Source: Hypanus sabinus (Eukaryota). From it: a stretch of DNA of 64,000 nt. The first letter of the stretch is position 1, and every line of letters begins with the position of its first letter. Shown in pieces: positions 1 through 12,543 of the stretch. The stretch lies in NCBI RefSeq assembly GCF_030144855.1, contig NC_082736.1:7378001-7442000 (forward strand), given 5' to 3'. A program made the translations under genes and the position numbers. The notes under the pieces were generated by a model. The model was not told the origin of the DNA. It worked only from the letters and a program-made list of their open reading frames with translations, and searched no databases.

Positions 1-794
1 TTGAGAACAGTTTGTTTCAGAGGCCATGTTTTTCTCCTTGTGCACAGGTAACTAAGGTTTGATTGAAGAACGAGTGCGAGTTTTCAGATTCCAGCTACTG
101 GGTGATGGTGGAAACATGGAGTTTCCTCTGAGAAGCTGAACCCTTGGCTTTGTTTTACAGGAGAAAGGAATTCAGCCCCTGTAGCCAATCAGTCCTCAAA
201 CAGAATTCCTCCTGTGTGGAGTAGTCCATCACCTTTGTCCACCGTCGGAAGGCTGCAACAGTAAAGAAGGAGCATTAGGTGGGTTTGAATCAGCTGAGGG
301 AATAGAGGGAAACTGTGGCTGCCTCGGGCTGGGCTAGGTCCCATGAATCGATGGGAAAAGAGGATGCCTCATGCTGGATTGAATCCCATTGGTCATCATG
401 CATATGCCTTGGGGTGGATTTGACCCCATGATGCACGAAAGAAAGGGAATTCTGAAGTACGAGTGAGTGCCTTGATTGTGTGTCTGAATGGTCACGTGAG
501 AGTCTCTTACTTGACATCTAAGACGACTCGGTGGCTTGTTTATTCGTACATTGTGGAGCAGAAAGAATTAAGTATGTTGAGAAGGGGGTGGAATGGAAGA
601 AGGGAGTGCTTACAGAAGTACAGATAAAGGAGAGAGGAAACTTTCAGGTTTGTGTGTGTTTTATTGTGTTTCACTGTGGTGTTCACCTGGAGAGAAATGC
701 GAAAATAATTGGTTGCTCCTCACAGTAAGAGCAGAGAAGATGAAAAAAAAAGTTAGAGAAATAGAGTCAGAAAGAACAGGAAAGTGTAATCGAG

Positions 795-935
795 GCTAAC
801 TCAATGTTTAAGAGACTACTAGACAGGAATATGGAGGAACTTAAGATGGGGGGTTATATGGGAGGCAGGGTTTGAGGGTCGGCACAACATTGTGGGCTGA
901 AGGGCCTGTAATGTGCTGTACTATTCCATGTTTAA
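795..935 (+). mobile_element. CR1 LINE 3'-end fragment
   Basis: Tail ...ggcacaacattgtgggctgaagggcctgtaatgtgctgtactattccatgttt matches the 3' ends of other CR1 copies in the window (e.g. 7700-7765). Confidence 0.7.
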
Positions 936-2325
936 CAAGACACAACTCTTACTAATGTCTGAGGAGGAAGTAGTAGGAACCTGTTTTACCCCTGCCCCCC
1001 ACAGGTACAGTTACAACAAAGCTCACCCCAGTAGTGTCTTGCGAGTTCTTGAAGAGGTTGGTGTAAATCTCTCAAAAGCTCGATGGGAGAATGACCAATA
1101 TGGAGACTTTTATGCACTTTGAACTAAAATGTCATGTTATACTGAAGTGTTTCCTTCACACTCCAGAGTGACATATGATACACTGCATTGCACAAAAAGC
1201 AGATGGGCACCTTAATAAATTTGTAAAGTAGATAAACAAAGTATTTCAGAAATACACTGATTTACTCGATTGTAATGAATGTTATTGCAAATGATGATTA
1301 AGTGAGTCCAGGTTAAAGGAAATGTAGATTGTTACTTGTGTTAGATGAAAAGAGTTAAGTAAAATTCTGAGTGGTTTACAATAATTTCAGATGAAATCAA
1401 ATGCTTCAAGCTGTTAAGGGAGTTGATAATATTTGTGTGAGGACTGGAGACTCCCTGGACTGCTCTACCATTGTCTCATTAATATTGACCGTTGTATAAA
1501 TATATTGTGACAGCTGCCCTGTATGATTTGAATGTTATTTTAACTTGTATTCTGTTTTATATTTAATAAAGATGACTGTGACCACATTGTTGCTCATCAT
1601 TACTATATTAAAGCTGTTTACAATTTCATTCTAAATTTTGTTTGAACGTTACTTGCTTTAAATGCATTTGACTTGTCACCCATTTGTGACTGGTATTTAT
1701 TTTGATCTGAACATTGTATAGTGTTATTTAGAGGGGAAAAAAAACAACTATTCTAAATTATGGATTTTGCACTTCTTTGATTCACTTCAAGAAACATGGG
1801 GAGAAGGCGGAGGACAGTTACTGGTAAAAGGTGGGGCGTCAGTGAGAGGTGCACCTTGTTTATGGACAGTCTCGCCACTGAGTTCAAAGATGCCCTCAGC
1901 GCCAAAGCAACTTTGATAACAGTCAGTTTCACCCTCAGCCGCCACAAACACCACAGACTATGAAGTTTACTTTAACTAATCCTTTCCCAACTGTACTGTA
2001 GAATTTGTACTAAGTGCTCGAGTTGTTGAGTGTGTTGTAGGGGGCCCAGACATACGGAAGGTGGGTTAACAGTGAAGTCTGAACCCCTCAATTGTACTGA
2101 GTGATTCTGTTATAATGAACTCCCCCCCACCCCCGCCCCCGCCCCCGCCCCCGATTAGCTTCATTCTTTGCTGTGATGCTCTACTGTCCCGGGGTCACAA
2201 CAGTCCGAACTATATTCCACCTTGCCAATGCCGAATGAACTGATTTAGCGTAACACAAATTCTTTGTCCACTTTAAATTTGTCTTAAGACAAAACTCCCC
2301 TTGAATGGTGCAGTAAAATTTGTAA

Positions 2326-2397
2326 CTCCCCGTCGGGGAATTGAACCCCGGTCTCCCGCGTGACAGGCGGGGATACTAACCACTATAATAACGAGGA
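2326..2397 (-). tRNA. tRNA-Asp-GTC: tRNA-Asp (anticodon GTC)
   Basis: Minus strand reads TCCTCGTTATTATAGTGGTTAGTATCCCCGCCTGTCACGCGGGAGACCGGGGTTCAATTCCCCGACGGGGAG (72 nt), essentially the vertebrate tRNA-Asp. It carries a G10>T change. A T4 Pol III terminator lies ~8 nt downstream (+ strand aaaa, 2315-2318). Confidence 0.95.
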
Positions 2398-3014
2398 ATT
2401 CATACCCTCGTTTTATGCACGTTTCAGAACACACCCCGGTGAACAGAATCTCCTTGATGTTTGGTCACTGAGATACTGGAGCCTTTCACACGTGTCCTTC
2501 CCCCAGCAGAGTCTCACTTTTCTCCAGCCATTCAGTCACCTATTATCTTCTAGGATTACCAAACCAGGTGCTCTCATTCCAGCCCAACTCCGTCTTTCAA
2601 TCAACATTTTCATCACAGTTATACATTTATATTTCTGCTTTCGTAATGCCACAGGCGGGACACGAAATGTACCTCATCCAATTCTCAAGCCATCACTCCC
2701 ACTTCAATCAACTTCACTCAAACACGGCTTCTGTATCTCCGCTCTGTCGGACGATCGCCACCTCAACTGGACATCACACGAACTGCACCACACTGAAGAA
2801 TCAGAGCGACAGCATTCACAATCACCTCCAGCCACACTCATGCACTTCCAGCGTCCCACTGCTCCTACCCTCAAAACTCGACTACCAATTCCACAAGTCA
2901 TGTCAATCCATGGGTCACTCGAAAATTATTATGGGCTGGCCAGGCCAGTCCATCAACGATGGAATTGCTCTCCCTCACATTTTCCCCGGTCAACCGATCA
3001 CTGCAGCTTCCTGC

Positions 3015-4085
3015 TCTCACTCTAACCCAGCTTCCCACAATATCCTTGTAATATTTCTCTTCACTCTTTCAAACTTAGTTGCATTCCTGTGAGTTGGCAA
3101 ACAAAACTGCACACAATACTTCAAATTATGCCTCACCACTGACTTATTCAACTTCAAAAAACTCCCCATCTCCTGCACTCCATACTTTGATATGCCAAAA
3201 GCTTTCTTTATGACACTATCTACTTTGACACCTCTTTCAACTATTATGGACATTTAATCCCATTTCCCTTTGATCTAGCACGCTCCCTACTTCCCCACTG
3301 TTCACTGTACCCCACAGAAGTGTAAGAACTCACGCTTCTCAGCATTAAGTTCCATCTGCCATTTTCAGCCCATTTTACCAGCTGGTCCAGATCCCACTGC
3401 AAGCTATGATAGCGTTCCTCGCTGTCCACAGCAGGCCTAATCTTGATATGAGCCGTATATTTGTGATCCAGTTCACCACGTTATCACACAGATCATTGAT
3501 ATAGATGACAGATAACAATAGACCCAGCACCAATCCCTGAAACGTCTTATCCAACCCATTATGCAGGACCTTGTCAAATATCTTGCTGAAGTCCATGTAG
3601 ACAACAACCACTTCCTTCCCTTTGTGAACTTTTCTGATAACTTCCTTGAAAACTCTATAAGATTAGTTGGCATTAACTACCACGCTCAAAGCCATGATGA
3701 ATATCCTTAATCAGTTCATGTTTATCCAAATACTTGTAAATCCAGCCCCTCTAAATACATTCTATTTACTTTGCAAATAATGATGTCAGGCTTAAGGGCC
3801 TATCATTTCCAGGTTTAATTTTTGAGCCGTCCTTAAAGAGCGGAACAACATTGCTACCCTCCAGTCCTCTGGTAGATACATCTGTTGCAAAGCATGATTT
3901 AAATATCTCTGATAGAGTTCTGGCACTCCCTGTACTTCCCTCCTGCAGAGTCCGAGGGAACACCCTGGGGATTTATCTATCCTAATTTATCTGAAGAGAG
4001 CAAACATCTCCTCCTCGGTAATCTGTATAGGGTCCATGAAATAGATGCTGCTTTGTCTCGCTTCTATAGACACTGTGTCCATCTC
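3015..4085 (-). mobile_element. Degenerate CR1 LINE ORF2 (RT) fragment
   Basis: ORF pieces VYMDFSKIFDKV, VLGLLLSVIYINDL, LQWDLDQLVKWAE, NVVPLFKDGSKIKPGNDRPLSLTS; many stops and frameshifts. Confidence 0.85.
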
Positions 4086-4275
4086 CTCAATGTGCCAAAT
4101 ACAGGGCGTAGCTGGATGATGCAGCGTGGATAACTTCACTTACTTCAACCCCGAGCAACCTCTGCACACACTAGCAATGACTCTTTAACTCAGTATTATT
4201 TGTTTGTTGTAAAATAAAAATTGTGCTTGAAATGGGGAGAGGAAAAGCTGCTGGAAGTGAAAGAGAAACAGACAA

Positions 4276-4420
4276 NNNNNNNNNNNNNNNNNNNNNNNNN
4301 NNNNNNNNNNNNNNNNNNNNNNNNNNNNNNNNNNNNNNNNNNNNNNNNNNNNNNNNNNNNNNNNNNNNNNNNNNNNNNNNNNNNNNNNNNNNNNNNNNNN
4401 NNNNNNNNNNNNNNNNNNNN
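4276..4420. other. Assembly gap (run of N)
   Basis: 145 consecutive N. Confidence 0.99.
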
Positions 4421-4835
4421 TCCAGCTGGACTTTGGTCTACGAAAGGAAACCAGTGCGGTCACTTTCAATTCCCACCATTCAATACTTCACCTGTGGGCC
4501 TGGTGTCCGAGATCTTCAATATCAGGACGCAGTAGTTCATAAGCCAGTTTCTCTTCGTGACTTTTGTCTCTACCTGTTTCTATGAAATTCTTTTAAGTTC
4601 AAACTGAGACTAAGGAACGCTAGGAATGTTCAGGAGGCTACACCGAATGCCTGGAGAGATAAAGTTTTCAGTTGGAAACCCGCCCTCGGAATGGCCCAAA
4701 ATGATGCTGTTTGTTCAGCGTTATTGAATATAATATGAGGTCCTGAGATCAGATACGATTCACAGCCGTACGATTGTGGGTAGGAATTGCTATTGAAGCA
4801 TTTCTCTTAAACTTGAAAGCAACCTTGATTAACGT

Positions 4836-5653
4836 TGTTACGTACCCTGTAACTAGGTCACTTACCAGCGAAGATAGAGAGGTCCATTGAAATCTGATGG
4901 TAATATTTTTTTAAAGTCTTTATTTATAAAGGGGCACAAAAATAAGATTAATATAAACATTCAGACAATATACATCGTCACTACTCAATCTAAAAGTGTG
5001 GGTCTAATAATAACCATCAATAAGAAACAGCTCGATCGTTTGTCTAGGGGATAATATTTTGTCCGATGGAAATATAAAAGTCACTCAGTTCCTGCAGGCT
5101 TCAGCCTTTGGGGACTGCTGGGTTTTCACTTGTTGGAGAGAGAGAGAGAGATTTGTGAGAAAAGAAACTTGCCCGGGTCTTTTAAGAAGCAAATCCGTTG
5201 AATCGGGAAAGTTGGTTTCCCGTTGTTAGTTCAAGAACATCGGTTCTATGGTACCTGCCACCGGCTCCCAAGCAAAGGGGAACCGAACGCACGTGGCTTC
5301 CTTCAAATGGCTTCCCGCTACTACGGGATCATTAGCGTTTCTTCTGGTGCGTCTGAAGGGGTTGTTCCCCCAGACCCTCTTTTATACTTCCTCATGGGGT
5401 CACAGATATCAATCAGGTTGGGATGATGCAATCTCTTCTCAACCAGCCCACTTTGCCCGAGGGCTTACACGTAGCATAGTCCCCAATCCACAAACGTGGT
5501 CTCCAGGAGACAATGGTCAATGTCACGTTATTTTGCATCACTGGGGAACGAGGCTTCCGGCACGTCTCTCTCCCATTTCCTGGGTCTACTGACCCCACCC
5601 CCCCAACTAGTGCTCTTGCAATTCTCACAATGGAGGGGGCTGCCCGCATAACA
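4836..5653 (-). mobile_element. Solo LTR (Gypsy-type), 818 bp
   Basis: TGTTA...TAACA termini and a perfect 4-bp TSD ACGT (4832-4835 / 5654-5657). Its left end is homologous to the reverse complement of the right end of the solo LTR at 44383-45233. Confidence 0.85.
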
Positions 5654-5724
5654 ACGTAACGTAGCATTTGCAAACCTGCCAGTGAACATGGAATTTCCTA
5701 TTTCAGTAGAATCGGGCTGATTTC

Positions 5725-5832
5725 GTCCTGGACTTATATTGGGAAGGAAAGTGAGCGAGTCCTGGACTTATATTGGGAAGGAAAGTGAGCGAGTCCTGGA
5801 CTTATATTGGGAAGGAAAGCGAGGGAGTCCTG
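5725..5832 (+). repeat. 34-bp tandem repeat, three copies plus a partial
   Basis: Unit gtcctggacttatattgggaaggaaagtgagcga at 5725, 5759 and 5793. Confidence 0.95.
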
Positions 5833-6414
5833 GTGAGTATGTCCTTTTACACACTGTGGTGGTAGTGCGTGTGGTTTGGGGTTGTGTGACAGGTCAAGGT
5901 GTTTTGGGTTGTGTGGAAGAAAACGAACGTGAAAACCGCAACTGACAGTGAGGAAGACGCACGTCACTCAGCAGACAAGAACTATTCAGCATTTTCTCTG
6001 TTTCTCAGAGTATTGGGTTCATCTGTGGGTTCCATACATCAGCAAAGACATTAATTCTAAGGTGCGATATTTTAGTAATCCGATACATTGTTGAAATGGG
6101 GTTTGTTTTGTCGCCCTGGTTTGGATATGGCCAAAGTGCAATGTGAGAGACACTGAAGTGGGTTGATAGTTCACAAATCTTCCATGTGAACAGTGTTAAA
6201 ATGAAAGTAAATCAATAAACGCTGGGCAAAGACAGGACTAGTAACCAAAACTCTCAAACAGGTAACGGGCTGAAAAGAACATCAAATTATTGAACGAATA
6301 GCGTGAGTCTTCAAAGTCAGTTGACTCCAAAGTCCAGGTTCTCAGACAAGGCTGATGCAAAACAAAATCGAACCGTTGCTGTGCTCTGAGCAAGTCTCAA
6401 GAAGTGAGTCTACA

Positions 6415-7765
6415 TCAGAGGTCAGTAAGTTGATGGAGAAGATACTGAGAGGCCGGATTTATGAAGGCATCATATGATTAGGAATATTCAGCATGGCTTT
6501 GTGAAAGGCAGGTCGTGCCTTACGAGCCTGGTTGAATTTTTTGAGGATGTGACTGCACACAGTGATGAAGGCAGAGCTGTAGATGTAGAGAATATGGAAT
6601 TCAGCAAGGCATTCGATAAGGAACACAATGCAAGGCACATTGAGAAAGTAAGGAGGCATGTAATCCAAGGGGACGTTGCTTTGTGGATCCAGAACTGGTT
6701 TGCCCACAGAAGGCAAAGAGTGGTTATAGAGTTGGTATATTCTACATGGAGGCTGATGAACAGTGGTGTGCCCCAGAGATCTGTACTGGGACCCCTACTT
6801 TTTGTGATTTTTATAAATGACCTGGATGAGGAAGTGGAGGGATGGGTTAGGGAATCTGCTGATAACATAAAAGGTTGGGGGTGTTGTGGATAGTGTGGAG
6901 TGCTGTCAGAGGTAACAGCGGGACATTGATAGGATGCAAATCTGGGCTGAGAAGTGGCAGGAAGGTATGATGTGGTTCATTTTGGTAGTTTGAATATGAT
7001 GGTAGAATGTAGCATTAATGATAAGACTCTTGGCAGTGTGGAGGATCAGAGGTCTGAATCCATAGGACACTTAAAGATGCTAAGCAGTCTGACGTTGTGG
7101 TTAAGAAGGCATACGGTGCCTTGATATTCATTAATCGTAGGATTGAGCTTTGGAGCTGAGAAGTATTGTTGCAGCTATATAAGATCCTGGACAGATCCCA
7201 CTTGGAGTATTGTGCTCAATTCTGGTCGCCTCACTACAGGAAGGATTTGGAAACCATAGAAATGGTTCAAGTGAGATTTACAAGGATGATGCTTGGATTG
7301 GGGAGCATGCCTTATGAGAATAGGTTGAGTGAACTTGGCCTTTTATACTTGGAGCGGCAGAGGATGAGAGGTGACCTGATAGAGGTGTATAAGATGATGA
7401 GAGGCATTGATTGTGTGGATAGTCAGAGGCTTTTTCCAGGACTGAAATGGCTGCCACAAGTGGACACAGGTTTAAGGTGCTGGGGAGTAGGTACTGAGGA
7501 GATGTCAGTGGCAAGTTTTTACATTCAGAGAGTGGTGAGTGCGTGGAATGGGCTGCTGGCAACGGTGGTGGAGGCGGATAAGATAGGGTCTTTTAAAAGA
7601 CTTTCCGATAGGTACATGGAGCTTAGAAAAAGCTATGTCCATGGAGGTACATGGAGCTTCGAGGGCTTTGGGTAAGCCTAGTAAATTCTAAGGTAGGGAC
7701 ATGTTCAGCACAACTTTGTGGGCTGAAGGGTCTGTATTGTGCTGGAGGTTTTCTACGTTTCTATT
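6415..7765 (+). mobile_element. 5'-truncated CR1 LINE (RT C-terminal half plus 3' UTR)
   Basis: [58 protein letters not shown]; CR1 tail ending ttctacgtttctat. Confidence 0.92.
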
Positions 7766-7999
7766 AACTTAATTTGGATTAAAATGTTGACTTTGACTTA
7801 TTTTTCCATAACGTTCTGTTTTCATGCAGAGGTCCAGTGATCCACATACAACGTTATTTCACCCCAAATTATAAAAGATTATATACACAAGATTATACAA
7901 AATACAAACATTAACTATTTATAAGACCGAAAAGTCAAATTAAAATGTGAATATTACTGTCTATAACACACTCAATTCCCGTGGGTGGGGGTGAGGTCA

Positions 8000-8310
8000 C
8001 TGTTCCCGGAAATGCCCCTCTGTACCCACTGTGTTCCAATGCTCTCAGTTTCTCAGTGGCACCACTGATTGACAGGTCTCTCTGACCCCGCCTTCCATCA
8101 CGTGACACCGTGTTGCGATGATGCCGTGTGGCGATTATGACGAGATGAAGACGCCACAGAGGTCCGATCGTCACCGACGTCGTTTCCTAGGGAACGGTCC
8201 GGAATGGTGGGCACGGGGTTGTGGTAAAGTGGAGTCGGTCTCTACTTTGGGTTTTGGCTCCACTGTGGGAATCGGCCTCTCCTCTTCCTGCCCACGGAAC
8301 AGTGAGTGTC
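8000..8310 (+). promoter_or_regulatory. CpG-rich promoter-like module, copy A
   Basis: TTCCCGGAA(AT) STAT/ETS-like site 8003-8013, E-box TCACGTGA 8098-8105, RFX X-box-like GTTTCCTAGGGAAC 8182-8195, possible splice donor GTGAGT ~8302. CpG is retained in an otherwise CpG-poor window. Confidence 0.6.
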
Positions 8311-10224
8311 TGTCAGCGCCTCACCGCACCGGCTCTCTGCCTCAGGTACAATATTTAAACCATATTTGTACAGTTACATGGATAGGAAAGGTTGAGAGGG
8401 ACACGGGCCTAATGCAGGCGGATGGGACGAGTTCAGGTCGACAACTTGGTCGGCCTCGATGAGTTTTACCGAAGGGACGGTTTCAGTTCTGTATAAATCA
8501 CTGACTCTATTCTGGGCGGTTCAACCAGGGCAGGATGTACACAGTGAATGACAGGTTCCTGGGAAGGTTTAATGAACAGAGACTTTGCGGGTTTCTGCCC
8601 CCACACCTCCTCCGGCAGCTGATTTAGGATAGCAGCTATTCTCTGTGTGAAGTATGTACCCTTCAGATCCCCTTTAAATCTGTCTTTAAACAGTTTTGTA
8701 CAATTCTAATGAGAGGCAGTTCTTTGGCTGATAAGGAAAGTACAACACACAACCCTGTCTCTCTGTGATGCCACATGCAGGGAACTGTGTAACAATATTA
8801 GAGACACATGCACAGGCAGTTCAGTGAGCAAGGCCTGGAGGGATATGAAACTAATGCAGGAAAGTGGGATTAGTATAGCTGTGCATGATGGGGAGCATAA
8901 ATGTGATGGGCCAGAGGGTCTGTTTCTATCCTGGCCAACCCTGGTAACAGCAGTCCTCCACTGCAGTGGGGTTTGTTACCTTCATTCTCAGCTGTGAGCT
9001 TGTTCCACTGAACCCCTTATCCTCTGAGAAGATATTTACACCCTTCCATTGTGACCTCCATCTCTCCTGCTATTAACGAGTGTTCTTCACCGAATTCCAA
9101 TTTAAAAGTCCTGTTACTGGTGAACAGGGAATTGGTGCATTTTGATAGCCTTTTGAGGTGTTTGATTCACTATTAACCCTAATGCATTAATTCTGAGTGT
9201 TTTAGGTAAGTCCATCCTGAAGTTCTGTGTTCCAGGTTCCCACTGAACTTTCACAGTCAGTGGTTTCTGCATGTCTATACTGACCATCGAGAATCTGTCT
9301 CCATTAACTCAGCACTTGGTCTGTCTCCTACCCTGACCTAGTGATTCAAATGTTCAGCCAGATGTTCCTTAAATACCAGCCTGCACCTCTCCCTCAGACA
9401 GTGTGTTCCAGATTGTAACCAAGTTCATTTTGCAAGGCAGTTCACTTCCCACTTCAAGATTTGCTAGCCGTCTTTGCTGTCCATCATACCCCTAATCTTG
9501 TTGTCATCTGCAAACTTGCTGATGCAGTTTACCACATTCTCATCCAGATCGTTTATACAGATGGAAAACAACCGTGACGTTAAACCAGGGCAGGATGAAC
9601 AGAGTAATGACAGGTTCCTGGGAAGTGTTCATCAACAGAGACTTTGTTTTTTTTTCCTCCACCACCTCATCTGGCAGCTCATTCGGGATTCTGTGTCAAA
9701 TATTTACCCTTCAGATCCCCTTTAAACTACCCCCCTATCACCTTACAACTATAGCTTTAGACAGCCACACCACGGGAAACAGTCTCTGACACTCTAACTT
9801 TTGTATGCCTCACGTAATTTTATCCACCTCCATCAACTCACCCTTCAGATTCCCTTTCAACCTCCACCCTGTCACGTCTTAGTTTCTGTCTGATTTCTCT
9901 AAATTCACTGCACAGGACACAACCCTCGTATCCCTGCGTTGCTATTACCAACATGCACCGTCCACCAGGACGTCCGGCTGCTCAACCTTCCCTTTGAAAT
10001 ATCCTGCAGCTGCTCCGAGACCATCGGACCATAAGACACAGCAGCAGAATTAGGCCATTTGGCCCATCCAGTCTGCTGCCCCATTCTGCCAGGTGTAAGA
10101 GATCATGACAGATCTCTTAACCCTCTCAAACACTCTTATCCCATCCCACCCCCCCCCCCCCCCACAATCGAGAACCTCCACATTCAATGTACCCAATGAA
10201 TCGGTCACATCCGTCTGAGGGGAT

Positions 10225-10930
10225 GAATTCAGAGTCAGGACCAGAATCAGGTTTATTACCACCGGCAGGTGTCAGGAAATTTGTTAATTTAGCTGCAGCA
10301 GTTCAATGCAGGACATGCTAATATATAAAGATGGTTGCTGCTGGAATAGATTGTGCTTGGTGTGACTTGGGTCCACAATGATCCCTCAGGCCCTTTTCTC
10401 ACACCTGTCTTTGAAACTGTCCTGAATGATGGGAAGTTCACAACTACAGATGCGCTGGGCTGTCCGCAACACACTCTGCAGAGTCCTGCGATTGAGGGAA
10501 GTACAGTTCCCATACTAGGCAGTGATGCAGCCAGTCGGGATGCTCCCAGTTGTGCCCCTGTAGAAAGTTCTTAGGATTTGGGGGCCCAGAGCAAACTTCC
10601 TCAGTTGTCTGCGGTGAACGAGGTGCTGTTGTGCCTTTTCCACCACTCAGCAGGTACGTATAGACCACGTGAGATCCTCGGGTATGTTGATGTCGAGGAA
10701 TTTAAAGCTGTTTACCTTCTCAACCCCAGATCCATTGATGTCCATTGGGGTTAGCCCATCTCCATGAACAATCTGTGTGGATTATCACTAATCCGCACAG
10801 ATTGTGGTCTCCCAGTTAGGAAGTCGAGGATCCATTTGCAGAGGGACCAGGTTCCATTGCTTATTGATCAGGACTGTGGAAATGACGGTGTTAAATGCTG
10901 ATCTCTTGTCACTGAACAACATCCTGACAT
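10225..10930 (-). mobile_element. Rex1/Babar-like LINE remnant
   Basis: Minus strand DGLTPMDINGSGVEKVNSFKFL...EDLTW RT C-terminal motif; mirrored at 55950-56500. Confidence 0.7.
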
Positions 10931-10979
10931 AGGCAGCACAGATTCACTAGCTTTTTCCAAAGAATTTGCTCCTTACCTT

Positions 10980-12130
10980 TGTTCTAACCACTGACCACTG
11001 ACTCGACTGGCAAGTTTATCTTTAGGAAATCCTTCACATCTGAGACGAACCTGACCCCAGTAGCCAGAAGACAACAGACCATCGTGTCATCTCTGTTGCT
11101 GCCACAGAATCTCCTGCACATCCCCTGTACTGTGAGTCTGCTGTCATCACTGCTCTGCTTGACCATTCCTCCCGTGGAGCATCGGTCTGGGGTCTCAGTA
11201 CCACCAACCTGGCGGGCTGCTGTCTCTGGTTCGTCATCCCAGGGGTATCCAAAGGAGTGTACTTGTTGCTGAGGGTCACGGCCACAGGCAGACATTACTC
11301 TGTCTGTCTCTTCCCCTTTCCGTCGTGATGGTCACACAACAGTCTGCATCCTGACCTCAGGTGTGACCAACTCACTGAACCTCTCGTCTCAGCATCCTGG
11401 AAACTCTCGGTCTGTCCATCTCCATCTTCATTTCCTTCACACGGTCAGTCAGGAGCTGCACCTCGGTGCACTTCCCTCATGTGAAGTTATCGGGGACACT
11501 GAGTGACTCCCACATCCTGAGGTGGAGCATTTCACTGCCGTAACTGTAATTCCAGCCACTCTGATGGGGAGAGGAATTCCAAAGAAATCCTCTGACATTT
11601 GACTTCCCAGAGTACACCGACTTATCTCCCATTTCTCTGCCCACATTTCCAGCTGGTCTATGTTCTGCTGAATCCTTTGGAAACTTTCCTCACGATCCAT
11701 AACTGCACCAATTTCTGTGTCTCTGCAGACCAACAAATCAGCCCTCCTTCGTTTTCATCTGAAGCATTTCACAAAAAGCAGAATTTCTTGTGGTGCCCAC
11801 TCTTCACAGGTCTCCAGTCAGAATCACACCCCTCAACCATTACCTTCTGTGTTCTCTGATTGAGTACATTTTGAATATACTCAATCAGATTTCTTTTGAG
11901 CGATGTGCTTCCATGCTGTGGATCAGCCCACCATGGGGACTCTTGTTGAAAGCTTTACCAAAGTCCTTGTGTCCTATACCCACTACCCATCTCTCATCAG
12001 TTGAGTCTGTCACTTAAAACATTCGGCCAAGTTTGCCAGAGTTGACGTTGCCCATGCAATGTGATATTGGCTACTCTGAAATTGTTTATGCTTTTTGTTT
12101 ATGCAAGCTGATCCTATCATTAAATTTCTT
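10980..12130 (-). mobile_element. CR1 ORF1 (zinc finger/esterase) and ORF2 fragments
   Basis: VTLSNKYTPLDT and DTMVCCLL ORF1 motifs, IQQNIDQLEMWAEKW ORF2 motif; mirrored at 54400-55540. Confidence 0.75.
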
Positions 12131-12543
12131 TTGTCTCTGGCCTTGGGCAGAACAACCTGATCTTTTCATTCTGACCCTGCGTCTAAATCGTCATCCAAAC
12201 ATTGGGTTCAGTCGCTTTGATACGATTTGGGGACTGGTACCCACCACCTCGATTTGGCCTGTACCTGACTTTGCCATTTCAGCCCGGAGTTTAAATCAAC
12301 CGTACTTTGGGTCTTCCTCACATTGGTTCTGCCACATCAAATTGCGTCCAAGTTGATAGGAAAGTTACAGGCTATTTGTTTACCAGAAAAAGAGATTCAC
12401 TGGTGTCACTTTAAACCAGAACCAGTGGAGATAACTCTATTTAACTTCACTTAACTCACCACTGAACTGTTTCCCACAATCTATCACTTCACTTTCAAGT
12501 ATTCTGCATGTCATGTTCTCTATTTATTTAATTATGACTATAT

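Noticed and set aside
2122-2153. (CCCCCG)n tract and other poly-C/G runs (10150, 18350, 50340) as regulatory G-quadruplexes
   Set aside because: Short simple repeats are frequent in this genome; no independent support
2360-3092. 221-aa and 174-aa plus-strand ORFs
   Set aside because: The first overlaps the antisense tRNA and both run into CR1 debris; no recognisable domain; biased Ser/His/Pro composition
4185-4585. ORFs of 94-120 aa
   Set aside because: Artefacts of reading through the N gap
5725-5832. Possible CRISPR-like array (34-bp repeats)
   Set aside because: Repeats are head-to-tail with no spacers; eukaryotic context; no cas genes
8118-8462. 114-aa ORF conserved with 59066-59299
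   Set aside because: Similarity is explained by the segmental duplication; the start is not shared and the C-terminus lies in a LINE tail
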